Source: a virus
Lineage: Duplodnaviria; Caudoviricetes
Reading direction: 5' to 3' (one strand)
Virus record (IMG/VR): IMGVR_UViG_3300011437_000021
Span: 1-33,354 of that record
Length of the DNA: 33,354 nt
The notes under the pieces were generated by a model. That model saw nothing but the letters and a program-made list of their open reading frames with translations. It did not search any database and was not told where the DNA came from. Shown one piece after another: positions 9,333-17,989 of the stretch; position 1 is the first letter of the stretch; every line of letters starts with the position of its first letter. The position numbers and the translations under genes were made by a program.

Positions 9333-9740
9333 ATGGCGGAACGTCTTGATGGTAAGCCTCGACGAGGGTGGACCAAGCCCGGAAGAGAAGCGGTTAAACA
9401 TCCTACGATCTTAGACATTGCATGGGTCGCAGGGGTATTTGAGGGTGAAGGGTCTGTGAGCGCCCCGCACGGTAGTCGAGGGTCGATGACTGCTACCCTA
9501 GTTCAAAAAGACCTGTGGCTGTTAGACAGAGTGGTAGAATTGTTTGGCGGCCACTACTACCTTTCAGGCGGATATACCACAAAAACTAATTCTTCCGGCA
9601 AGTCTACAGTGTGTGGACGATGGGAGATAACAGGGCCTAGAGCACGAGGCTTTGTATTCACAATTTTTTCCTTTCTATCGCCGCGCAGAAGGGCCCAAAT
9701 TAAGGCGGCACTGGGGGGTAATACCGTTGCCAATGTATGA
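9333..9740 (+). CDS. LAGLIDADG homing endonuclease (single motif, free-standing)
   Basis: DIAWVAGVFEGEGSV motif; A/T-ending codons unlike flanking genes. Confidence 0.8.
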   Translation: MAERLDGKPRRGWTKPGREAVKHPTILDIAWVAGVFEGEGSVSAPHGSRGSMTATLVQKDLWLLDRVVELFGGHYYLSGGYTTKTNSSGKSTVCGRWEITGPRARGFVFTIFSFLSPRRRAQIKAALGGNTVANV

Positions 9741-10062
9741 TCGACGCTGTGACACGTGCGAACAGGTCAAGCTGGATTGTTGGGAGCCTATTGAGCACCC
9801 GAACCCAGCCTGCGATCTGTCGCCCGCGTGTACAGGCACCCTCGAACGTGTCTATCTTCCGACGAATCGTGAACAGATTATCGGCGACGAGATCGATGTC
9901 ACCATCAAGCATGCTTTGTGTCACCCGGATGGGACACCCCGGCGATTTCGAAGCCGGGCAGAGTTGAGGCGAGCTGAACAGGCCGCCGGGTACACAAATT
10001 ACGTGCGCCACCTTGGAACCAAAGGCGGCGACAAGTCGAAGCACACATCGCGTTGGACGTAA
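9727..10062 (+). CDS. FmdB-like zinc-ribbon protein (TTG start)
   Basis: GGGGGGT RBS then TTG CCA ATG TAT: (M)PMYDRRCDTC...C....C.G.LERVY. Confidence 0.7.
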   Translation: MPMYDRRCDTCEQVKLDCWEPIEHPNPACDLSPACTGTLERVYLPTNREQIIGDEIDVTIKHALCHPDGTPRRFRSRAELRRAEQAAGYTNYVRHLGTKGGDKSKHTSRWT

Positions 10063-10112
10063 GACAATCGGAGGAGGCAATTTCGCATTCCTCGCGTCAG
10101 TAGGAGCACATC

Positions 10113-11261
10113 ATGTCAGACGAACTTACGGCAGTTATTGCAGGCGCGTTCGCCGATGCAGGCGGCGGCGACTCGGGAGACAGCGGAGCCGACTCCGGCG
10201 ATGTAGACACCGGAGCAGACAATTCTGAGGACATTTCCTCGGACACTTCCTCAGACGAATCCTCGGAAACCCCTGAAGACATAGAAGATAGCTCCGAAGC
10301 CAGTGCGGATACTTCCGAGGACACTGGTGGGGAGCCAGTTGTTGAAGAGGAGCCCGTCGAGGAGGAGCCGGTCGCTGAGAAGACCCAGCTCGAACAGGAT
10401 CTCGAAGAGCTGGGCCTGCGCGACCCGAAGCCGGGCGAGCGGATCAACAAAATTCCTCAGCCCCGCGTCAAGAAGATGGTCGAGAACTACGGGAAGAAGG
10501 TCGAGGCCCGGTTTCAGGGCGAAATCTCGAATCTCAGGGCCGACAACATGCGCCTCTCGCGCTCGGCCCAGACCATGAAGAACATCGACAAGCTGATCGA
10601 CTCGGGCGAGGCCGGCGTCGACCGCTTCATGACCCTGCTCTCGACGATGCACCCGGGCAAGTTCGACAAGTATGTGGGGAACGCCAAGGGTGCCCCGGCG
10701 GCCGGGAAAGCTGCCAAAGCAGCAGGATCGGCAGCAGATTCAGTCGTCGGACCCCGTCCGCAGCCCGACGTCACTTTCGAGGATAAGTCGAAGGGCTATT
10801 CGCCCGAGCAGCACGACAAGCTGCTCGACTGGGTGGCGGCCAAGGCTCGGGAAGAAGCCATCGTAGACATGGACGCGCGCATGGAGGCCAAATACGGCAA
10901 GATCGCCAAAGACTACGACCAGCGGGAAGCCTTCAACGAAGAGCTGCCGAAGGTCCAGGCGGTCATCCAAGGCGTCCATGAGACCTGGGGCAAGGACCTG
11001 GTCGAGAAGCACGAGGACACCATCGTGGCCCTCATGCAGCAGTACCCGGATATGCCGACAGCTGAAGCCGTAGCGCGTGTCCTGGTGCCCCTGGTCCGTG
11101 CCGACCGCAACAAGATGCGTACTGGCTTGATCAAGGAAACCAAGACCAGAACAGCGGCTGCTGCAAAAGTCGTGCCAGGCGGTGCGGCGAAGGATACGAA
11201 CGAGGCGAAGACCCTCGACGACGTCATTCGCCAGAGCATTCGTCGGGCGGGCATCAAGTAA
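10113..11261 (+). CDS. capsid scaffolding protein
   Basis: Very acidic disordered N-terminus, helical core, position between portal and capsid; AGGAG RBS. Confidence 0.7.
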   Translation: MSDELTAVIAGAFADAGGGDSGDSGADSGDVDTGADNSEDISSDTSSDESSETPEDIEDSSEASADTSEDTGGEPVVEEEPVEEEPVAEKTQLEQDLEELGLRDPKPGERINKIPQPRVKKMVENYGKKVEARFQGEISNLRADNMRLSRSAQTMKNIDKLIDSGEAGVDRFMTLLSTMHPGKFDKYVGNAKGAPAAGKAAKAAGSAADSVVGPRPQPDVTFEDKSKGYSPEQHDKLLDWVAAKAREEAIVDMDARMEAKYGKIAKDYDQREAFNEELPKVQAVIQGVHETWGKDLVEKHEDTIVALMQQYPDMPTAEAVARVLVPLVRADRNKMRTGLIKETKTRTAAAAKVVPGGAAKDTNEAKTLDDVIRQSIRRAGIK

Positions 11262-11284
11262 GGCATACATCTTGCAGGAGGGGC

Positions 11285-11314
11285 TTGACACCATTCAGGC
11301 CCTTCCTGCATAAT
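11285..11314 (+). promoter_or_regulatory. sigma70-type promoter embedded in an inverted repeat
   Basis: TTGACA 11285-11290, 18 nt spacer, CATAAT 11309-11314; IR TGCAGGAGGGGCTTGA / TCAGGCCCTTCCTGCA spans 11273-11310. Confidence 0.6.
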
Positions 11315-11364
11315 CACTGTGTCGACTGACCCTACGTTAATGGGTTTTACGGAGTAACGCTCCT

Positions 11365-11871
11365 ATGGGAAAAATTGTTCTTTTAGGGCATGTGTTTGAT
11401 CGGTTAACTGTTACGGCAGAGGCTGGTCGAGACAATTTCGGTGAGGTTCTCTGGGCGTGTCGCTGTGCGTGTGGTGAAATACGAACCATCCGCTCTAGTG
11501 CCTTGAGAACTGGTAAACACAAAAGTTGTGGTTGCCTGAAAGCCGATAAGATTCGAGAACGATCTGTCACTCATAACGGTAGTCAAACGTCTGAGTATAG
11601 ATCGTATCGAGCAATGTTGCGCAGATGTTATGATCCTCGGCATCGCGCATATCCGTGGTATGGCGGGCGTGGTATTAAAGTCCACCAACTGTGGCGAGAG
11701 GATTTCTTGGTATTTTTCGTCGATTTAGGGCCCCGACCAGAAGGTTGGACTCTTGATCGCATAGATGCCGATCGCGACTACGAGCCGGGAAATTGTCGCT
11801 GGGCTCCGTGGTCCGTACAAGCAACAAATAAGCGACGACCCTCATACGCTCTACCTCTACTAAGCGTATAG
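11365..11871 (+). CDS. HNH homing endonuclease (free-standing)
   Basis: W.C.C.CG...KSCGC N-terminal module, YGGRGIKV, TLDRIDADRDYEPGNCRWA; AT-rich codons. Confidence 0.85.
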   Translation: MGKIVLLGHVFDRLTVTAEAGRDNFGEVLWACRCACGEIRTIRSSALRTGKHKSCGCLKADKIRERSVTHNGSQTSEYRSYRAMLRRCYDPRHRAYPWYGGRGIKVHQLWREDFLVFFVDLGPRPEGWTLDRIDADRDYEPGNCRWAPWSVQATNKRRPSYALPLLSV

Positions 11872-11872
11872 G

Positions 11873-11984
11873 ACCCTCTCAGGCTCTGGGTTAGTGAGCT
11901 GTTCAGTAGAGAACAGTGAACAGTTTCCCACTTATTAGACAGGATACTGTCAGGATAAGTGGTTAATCCAGAAAGAGTTAGGGT
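11873..11984 (+). ncRNA. structured 5' leader of the major capsid gene
   Basis: Nested stems ACCCT/AGGGT, TCTGGGTTAG/TTAATCCAGA, CTGTTC/GAACAG, CCACTTAT/ATAAGTGG, GACAG/CTGTC. Confidence 0.5.
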
Positions 11985-11990
11985 AGCTAT

Positions 11991-12923
11991 ATAGCTTTGA
12001 CAATCGGACAGGGAGTTGCCGTTTCCTATCCAGCCGTGCTGAACTTCAAGCGGAAAGCGGCCAATCAGTGGGTCGAGTCTGCGTTCCTGCGCGAACTGGA
12101 GCGGCAGAACGCGGTCGAACGCGCATCACTCGGCCCCACCATCGAAAAGACGCTGGACTACCAGCGCAACCCCGGCGCGGCGTTCCTGGCGACGGACCTG
12201 CAGCCGACCAGCATGGCGAAGACCGAAGTGCTGACGGCTGCGTCGTACGACGTCGCTGAAATCTCCGTCCCCATCGTTTGGTCGAAGAAAGACGAAGTCC
12301 AGAACCCGACTGAGAATCAGAAGATTGCACTCGTGAAGGCGCTGCTGTCGAACGCTATCGACTCGCACGACGACCTGATCGAGCAGTACATCTTCGCAAC
12401 CTCGACCAACGGCTTCCTCGGACTCGACACCCACATCACCGATGCCGGCACCGGCTCGGACGGTGGGATCGACAGTTCGGTCAACCTCTGGTGGAGGAAT
12501 CAGCAGGCCACCTACGTGGATGACACGGACATCGAAGCCGCGTTCACCACGGTGTGGAATGCCTGCGCGAAGGGCAGCGGCTCCAACCTGCTCCCGACCC
12601 TGATGGTCAGCGACGGCGCGACCCAGGCCCTCTTCGAGGGGACACAGCAGGCGAATCAGCGCTACATCGACACCCAGGAGCTGAAAGCCGGTTTCAAGAT
12701 CCTTGGTTTCAAGACCGCGCGTTACGTGTTCAGCCAGTACGCAGACACGGACGTCAACTTCCTCAACTCGAAGAACTTCCAGCTCGTCGTGTCGAAGGAG
12801 TACTTCCGGGACCGGGGCGAAACGCAGGAGATCCCGAACGCGAACGGCTTCGTGTCGAAGATCTACTCGGCGCTCCAGACCTGCACCAACAACCGCAGCC
12901 GCCTTGGCGTTGCCCACGTGTGA
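11991..12923 (+). CDS. major capsid protein (start ATA 11991 or TTG 11997)
   Basis: About 310 aa after scaffold; strongly G/C-ending codons; motifs such as NGFLGL, GGID, WWRNQ and C-terminal TNNRSRLG resemble HK97-fold podovirus capsids. Confidence 0.85.
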   Translation: MALTIGQGVAVSYPAVLNFKRKAANQWVESAFLRELERQNAVERASLGPTIEKTLDYQRNPGAAFLATDLQPTSMAKTEVLTAASYDVAEISVPIVWSKKDEVQNPTENQKIALVKALLSNAIDSHDDLIEQYIFATSTNGFLGLDTHITDAGTGSDGGIDSSVNLWWRNQQATYVDDTDIEAAFTTVWNACAKGSGSNLLPTLMVSDGATQALFEGTQQANQRYIDTQELKAGFKILGFKTARYVFSQYADTDVNFLNSKNFQLVVSKEYFRDRGETQEIPNANGFVSKIYSALQTCTNNRSRLGVAHV

Positions 12924-12931
12924 GATCGGCG

Positions 12932-13381
12932 ATGGCGATACTTTGTACTCACTGTGGCGAGGAGAAGGATGCTTTGGAATTTTACCCGAGCACTCTTCGA
13001 ACCTCGACAAAATGGTGCAAGCAGTGTATGGGAGCAGCTCAGAAGTCTTGGGCAGTTCGCAATCGGGATAAAACCCGAGCACGAGTACAGAGATATCATC
13101 AGAACCACAAAGCTGCTCGAAGTGAATATGCTAAGTGGCATCGAATTCTTAGTCGATATGGCATTACGAAGGAGCAATATATAGTAATGCTGGCTCGTCA
13201 GGAACATCGCTGTGCGGTGTGTGATGATTCTTTGATAAATAGGCCCCGTGTAAGTGTTGATCATTGCCACGAAACACAGAAAGTACGTGGTATTTTGTGT
13301 AACAACTGTAATCGGGGGGTCGGATTACTCAAAGACAATTCAACTGTGCTGCTTCGTGCTGCACAATACGTTTCATCGTAG
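12932..13381 (+). CDS. endonuclease VII-like homing endonuclease
   Basis: CTHC..CKQC N-terminus, RYGIT...Q.HRCAVC, SVDHCHETQKVRGILCNNCNRGVG; AT-rich. Confidence 0.85.
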   Translation: MAILCTHCGEEKDALEFYPSTLRTSTKWCKQCMGAAQKSWAVRNRDKTRARVQRYHQNHKAARSEYAKWHRILSRYGITKEQYIVMLARQEHRCAVCDDSLINRPRVSVDHCHETQKVRGILCNNCNRGVGLLKDNSTVLLRAAQYVSS

Positions 13382-13402
13382 AAAGGGATAAAGGATCACA
13401 TC

Positions 13403-13915
13403 ATGGCACTTCCTTACTTCACAGGAAACGCACTGGCGGCCGTTGGCGCCCCAGCGGACGTTCACACGGCTCAGCGCAACCCACTGGGTCTGGTTGCGGC
13501 AGGTCTTGGCGCGGACGGTGGCTACGCAGAGTACGTCTACCTGCTCGGCGTGGCATCGACGGCCATCGGCTCATGGGTCAACTACGACGTGGGTGTCGAC
13601 TACAGCACAGCGCTGCTCGACACAGACGTGGCCGCGACGATGCTGGGCAGAATCGCCATCGCGATGGGGGCTACTGTAGCCGCCAGCTACGGCTGGTACC
13701 AGATCACGGGTGCGGCTTCGGGTCTCGCGCTGACGGCCTCGACCGATACCAAGAACGCGTTCGCGACGGCAACGGCGGGCTCAGTTGACGATTCCGGGGC
13801 GGGCGCGGAAGTGCTCATCTTCGGCGCGTGGTCGACTGGGGCAGTCAGTGAGACGACATTCTTGCAGGCGTTTGCACTCAATCGTCCGCACATGATCGGC
13901 ATCTCGCTCGACTAA
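13403..13915 (+). CDS. putative capsid decoration/cement protein
   Basis: Ala/Gly-rich 170 aa after capsid; EYVYL...YGWYQI.G motif typical of such proteins. Confidence 0.65.
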   Translation: MALPYFTGNALAAVGAPADVHTAQRNPLGLVAAGLGADGGYAEYVYLLGVASTAIGSWVNYDVGVDYSTALLDTDVAATMLGRIAIAMGATVAASYGWYQITGAASGLALTASTDTKNAFATATAGSVDDSGAGAEVLIFGAWSTGAVSETTFLQAFALNRPHMIGISLD

Positions 13916-13937
13916 CGCGGTAACTGAAGGGATAGTC

Positions 13938-14279
13938 ATGGCGAATCGCTCAGGAAACGCGCCCCTTCATGTTGAAGTAGTGGTAGCCGCTGGCACGGTG
14001 CAAGCCGATGCCACGGCTATCCCTACGAATTCAGCTCCGGCGCTCGTTGTGTCTACTGGCAATGGCACAGTTGGCATACGGCTGCCCAAGGCAGTCAAGG
14101 GCAAAACGTTCTACGTGAAGAATATCGGCGGGGGTGGGCTGCTCGTATGGCCGGCTGTCGGCGATGCGATCAATGCACTTGCCGTAGACGGTGCAATCAC
14201 GATGGCTACAGTGACATCGGCTGTGTTCATCGCACAGAATTCAACCACGTGGCAGACCGTGCCCACGATCCCGAGCTAA
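13938..14279 (+). CDS. putative minor structural protein
   Basis: 113 aa; G.RLP....G..FYVKN......LVWPA.GDAIN motif; AAGGGA RBS. Confidence 0.6.
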   Translation: MANRSGNAPLHVEVVVAAGTVQADATAIPTNSAPALVVSTGNGTVGIRLPKAVKGKTFYVKNIGGGGLLVWPAVGDAINALAVDGAITMATVTSAVFIAQNSTTWQTVPTIPS

Positions 14280-14341
14280 GCATTCACGCTGGTCCTGTGT
14301 AGAGCCAGCACTTATCAACCCCAGCAAGAAAGAAGTCACAC

Positions 14342-15277
14342 ATGGCCCTTCAAGTCTCCAAAGCAACGCTCGACTGGCAGACACTCAATAACGCCCAGAC
14401 GCAGACGCTCACCAGGCGTGGTACCACGTACTACGTGGACGCAGTCAACGGCGTCAATACGCGCCTCGGCAAATCCTGGCGTAAGGCATTTCTCACGATG
14501 GCCCGTGCGTTCGAAGTGATCGAGTCGGGCGACACCATCGTATTCTCGGGTAGAATCCGAGAACAGCTCACGACCCCCGTCGGGGTGTTCGACGTCGCTG
14601 TCGTGGGGACGGGCAACCGTCCTCGTCACGCAGACACATCGCCGGCAGGCGGATCGGACTCGTCAGCACAGTGGGCAGCTCCGCTGGTGCCAACGGCCGC
14701 GACTCCACTCGTGGCTGTCATTCAGCAGGGCTGGAAGTTCGAAAACATCCTCTTCACCGGCCCTACGGATGTTCACGCACTCAACGCCAGTATCGAGCTT
14801 CGACGCACAGCCGAGGGCGCTGCGGAAACCGATGCGTCCCACATGAGTGTGATCGGGTGTCGCTTTGCCTCGGGGTACAAGCACATCAACGACACAGGCG
14901 GCTGCTACGGCGTGCTGCTTCAGGGCAATCGCTTTGTCTCGGCGGCGAACTTTGCCGTCCTCGGTGTCGGCAACATCGGCGTGGGCCAGAGCGCCTGGGA
15001 AATCACGCACAATCGTTTCGACGAGAACGTCAATGGTGTGATGATTGCCGGCTTTGCCTGCGACATCAACTACAACTCGTTCAGCGATGGCGGCACACCA
15101 AACACGACCGTGGTGTTGAATACCAACAACGGCGGCGGCGCAAACAATCGTGTCTCGTACAACAACTTCCAGACGACGACGGGGAATTTCAACTCGCCCG
15201 ACGTGGTTGGCACTACGACTGACTACTGGAATCCGAACTACAGTTTCGACACGTTGGAGACCGGCGTCCCGGCGTAA
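14342..15277 (+). CDS. right-handed beta-helix (pectin-lyase-like) virion protein
   Basis: YYVDAVNG...GKSWRKAFLT...GDTIV N-terminus; Asn-rich repeats I..N.F. Confidence 0.7.
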   Translation: MALQVSKATLDWQTLNNAQTQTLTRRGTTYYVDAVNGVNTRLGKSWRKAFLTMARAFEVIESGDTIVFSGRIREQLTTPVGVFDVAVVGTGNRPRHADTSPAGGSDSSAQWAAPLVPTAATPLVAVIQQGWKFENILFTGPTDVHALNASIELRRTAEGAAETDASHMSVIGCRFASGYKHINDTGGCYGVLLQGNRFVSAANFAVLGVGNIGVGQSAWEITHNRFDENVNGVMIAGFACDINYNSFSDGGTPNTTVVLNTNNGGGANNRVSYNNFQTTTGNFNSPDVVGTTTDYWNPNYSFDTLETGVPA

Positions 15278-15379
15278 TTCACTCGACCCCGGAGCAATCA
15301 CGCGCCGGGCACACTCGGGGAGCCCGAGTCCAAATAACCGGGCTCCCCCACTCGCTCCTGCGAGAGAAGGACTACGATC

Positions 15380-16045
15380 ATGACATTCGAAAAGAAAGCA
15401 CCCAAGCCCAGCACGCCCGTTGAGGAAACCCCTGTCGAACAGCCTGAAGCGCAGTCGAATCATGCGCCCGGCACATCCCTGGCGCCCGCACAGCCTGCTG
15501 GTCTTGACCAATTTGGTCAAATCATCGGAGACGCTGTCGCGCGTGGGATTGCCCAGAGCGCCCCTCCACGCAGGATGACTATCGGCGAGTACGTACGCCG
15601 GGGTGCCATCAATCAGTACCACCCGGACCCAAAGGTTCGGTTCAGTTTCGACCGGGACTACTACCAGAACGGGCACCAGATTTACTTCGACACCACGCAC
15701 GACCGCGAGGTCGAACTGCTGAATCGGCTCACCCACTCTGGTCGCTACATCAATCGCCTGGTCGAGGTCGTCGTTGTGCAAAATGGCAGCGAGGAAGTCG
15801 TCAACATCAACTTCTCGAACAAGCGAGACAAAGCGTTCGAGCTGAAAGGCCACGCGCGCGACTTCACGGACATACTGCAGCAGATCGTGGCCGCGCAGAA
15901 AGAGGAGCGCGCGGATCAGGAGGACGATGCAGCCGACCGGGCCGAGCGCAAGCTGGCACGTCAGGCGAAGCAGGCTAAGAAGACCCAGCCCAGCTTCGGC
16001 AACAGCAAGGCCTCTCGCGAGGCTCGTGAAAAGGTAGGTGCGTGA
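15380..16045 (+). CDS. hypothetical phage protein
   Basis: 221-aa ORF, AAGGA RBS, phage-like codon use. Confidence 0.7.
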   Translation: MTFEKKAPKPSTPVEETPVEQPEAQSNHAPGTSLAPAQPAGLDQFGQIIGDAVARGIAQSAPPRRMTIGEYVRRGAINQYHPDPKVRFSFDRDYYQNGHQIYFDTTHDREVELLNRLTHSGRYINRLVEVVVVQNGSEEVVNINFSNKRDKAFELKGHARDFTDILQQIVAAQKEERADQEDDAADRAERKLARQAKQAKKTQPSFGNSKASREAREKVGA

Positions 16046-16308
16046 TGGCTGGACTCTTCGAATATCTGATGCGAAAGGCGACGGGGAAGCGGACAGGCGA
16101 CATCGAGCTACCCAACGAATCGGGCGAGGTTGATCCGCGTTTGCCGAAGTCTGGTCAGGTCGGAGAGTCGTTTCGCAAAGCCGGCCGCACTGTGAAGGAC
16201 CTGTCTGAAGTCGGGGGCAGTCCTATCGAACGGCTTCAGGCCGCCGGCAAACGGGGGATGCGGAAACGCTTCGACGAGGAGAACCGTCGGGCCCTCGAAG
16301 GCAAGTGA
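16045..16308 (+). CDS. hypothetical protein
   Basis: TGATG coupling, AGGTAGG RBS. Confidence 0.6.
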   Translation: MAGLFEYLMRKATGKRTGDIELPNESGEVDPRLPKSGQVGESFRKAGRTVKDLSEVGGSPIERLQAAGKRGMRKRFDEENRRALEGK

Positions 16309-16309
16309 G

Positions 16310-16450
16310 ATGCCCCTGATCAAAGGTTCGTCGAAGTCGGTGATCAACCAGAATATCTCCGAGTTGAGGCATTCCGGGTATCCTGAAAAGCAGGCGATCG
16401 CCATCGCGATGGACAAAGCCGGTAAGCGTAAGCCTAAGAAGAAAAAGTAG
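16310..16450 (+). CDS. small basic phage protein (46 aa, below ORF-track cutoff)
   Basis: MPLIKGSSKSVINQNISELRHSGYPEKQAIAIAMDKAGKRKPKKKK resembles the widespread MPLKKGKS...QAVAIA family. Confidence 0.8.
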   Translation: MPLIKGSSKSVINQNISELRHSGYPEKQAIAIAMDKAGKRKPKKKK

Positions 16451-16487
16451 CGCTCGGCGGTAGGGCCCGGCCGCCGAGTGTTAGAAT
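16451..16487 (+). promoter_or_regulatory. hairpin followed by extended -10 element
   Basis: CGCTCGGCGG / CCGCCGAGTG IR then TG-T-TAGAAT (16479-16487). Confidence 0.4.
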
Positions 16488-16496
16488 AGAGGAGTC

Positions 16497-16916
16497 ATGG
16501 CATCAAAGTTTCTGATCCAAGTCGTCGAGAAGAAAACAGGTGAAGTAGTACAGTGGGCGCCCGGCCTCGGTCTTGAACGACAGTTCGAAGATGAAGTGTG
16601 TCGTCGAGTGGGGGCTAAGCTGGGACTGATTGAATCGCGCCCTCGACAGGTTGATGCCGCGCCAGTGCTGACACCCGCGCCTGTCGTCGAAGTCCCAGTC
16701 ATCGAACCTAAGAGTAGGGGCTTCGTCGAGACGATGAAGGAATTCTTCGGCTACGGCGCTGCACCCTCTGTTGACGTACCACTCGTCACACTCGTCGTCG
16801 AGTCCAAGGTCGATCCTGTGGTCGAGACAAAACTGCCCGCAGAAAAGATCATGGTGTGTGTACGTGAGGCCCTAAACGAAACCTTCTACGAAATCAAATC
16901 GAACGTGAGGCCCTAA
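16497..16916 (+). CDS. hypothetical protein
   Basis: AGAGGAG RBS, 139 aa. Confidence 0.7.
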   Translation: MASKFLIQVVEKKTGEVVQWAPGLGLERQFEDEVCRRVGAKLGLIESRPRQVDAAPVLTPAPVVEVPVIEPKSRGFVETMKEFFGYGAAPSVDVPLVTLVVESKVDPVVETKLPAEKIMVCVREALNETFYEIKSNVRP

Positions 16917-17668
16917 TGGGTTTCAGTACCTCGTCCCACCCGGCCGGATACTCCCTGAACTACGTGTGGGATGTCGGCCTATTGGAATGGGTCGTTATGA
17001 CCCAACCCGGTGGCAGTGGCGGGGGAGACGTCAACATTACTGAAGTTGGCGGGGTGGCGATCGCACTTGGTCAAACGACCATGGCAGGGAGTTTCCCTGT
17101 CACAATCGCCTCGAATCAAAGTGCGCTTCCTGTCGCAGGAGATGTCGCAAGCGGCAGTGCCGACGCTGGAAATCCTGTGCTTATCGGCGTGCGTGCTGAG
17201 ACGGCACTGCCGACAGCCGAGGCCGATAACGACCGTGTACGGGTTATCGGCGATACGACGGGTCGTCCATTTGTTCGAACAGGATTGCAGGGCCCATCGG
17301 CGAACTACTGGGATGTGCAGAACGTGGCCTCTGCCAACACCCAGGCGACTGCCACACAGGCTGCGGCAGGCGCGGGCATTCGTAACGTGTGCGTAGGATT
17401 TACGGTCACGCTTGCAGCAACGAGCACGGCTCCTGTAGCAGTCAACTTGACTGTAGCTGTGATTGACGGTGCAACTGGTGGAACCACGTACTTGTGGCGT
17501 ACCACGATCTCTTTGCCGGCGACTGCAGGGGCAATTTCAGCATTCGTACGATCAGGGGTGTGGATGCCCGGCACGGCCAACACAGCTATGACCATCGAGT
17601 TTTCAGCGGCCGGCGGCGCGAACACTATTGAATCAGTCACCATGGAAGGAACGACAGTCGCGGAGTAG
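16916..17668 (+). CDS. putative structural (tail/head appendage) protein
   Basis: Ala/Gly/Thr-rich; GQTTMAGSFPVTIASNQS and GNPVLIG repeats seen in phage fibre proteins. Confidence 0.65.
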   Translation: MGFSTSSHPAGYSLNYVWDVGLLEWVVMTQPGGSGGGDVNITEVGGVAIALGQTTMAGSFPVTIASNQSALPVAGDVASGSADAGNPVLIGVRAETALPTAEADNDRVRVIGDTTGRPFVRTGLQGPSANYWDVQNVASANTQATATQAAAGAGIRNVCVGFTVTLAATSTAPVAVNLTVAVIDGATGGTTYLWRTTISLPATAGAISAFVRSGVWMPGTANTAMTIEFSAAGGANTIESVTMEGTTVAE

Positions 17669-17671
17669 CCT

Positions 17672-17986
17672 ATGCCTAACACAAATCCTCAAGCTATCCT
17701 CATCGCCAACACAAAAATCCGGCCTCTGGCTGATTTGCTGGCGAAGCTCTACAACCGGATCAAATCAGCGCAGATTGAGTTTACGGCAGAGGATTGGGGT
17801 ACGTTGTTCCCCAACGACTCTGAAATCATCGTAGACGGATCAGCCACTGACGGGCGCACGCCTATCACGAATGCGGAAGTGCGTACATTCATGCTGACGG
17901 ATGCGGTTGCTGTGCTGACACCGCTGGAAGCGTCTTCGAATGCAGGGCGCAATCGCGTGTTCAAAATCGCTGTTAACCCGGAGTAG
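17672..17986 (+). CDS. hypothetical protein
   Basis: GGAG RBS; IVDGSATDGRTPIT motif. Confidence 0.65.
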   Translation: MPNTNPQAILIANTKIRPLADLLAKLYNRIKSAQIEFTAEDWGTLFPNDSEIIVDGSATDGRTPITNAEVRTFMLTDAVAVLTPLEASSNAGRNRVFKIAVNPE

Positions 17987-17989
17987 CGC

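Noticed and set aside
11315-11990. Group I or II intron carrying the HNH ORF, with ATG GGT TTT ACG (11340) as a capsid 5' exon
   Set aside because: No recognisable group I P7 core or group II domain V, and only about 120 nt of non-coding sequence; not excluded without a covariance search but unsupported.
12554-13381. Programmed -1 frameshift fusing capsid to the EndoVII ORF
   Set aside because: The long overlap is an alternative frame of a GC-rich gene; no slippery heptamer seen, and ATG 12932 gives a complete endonuclease.
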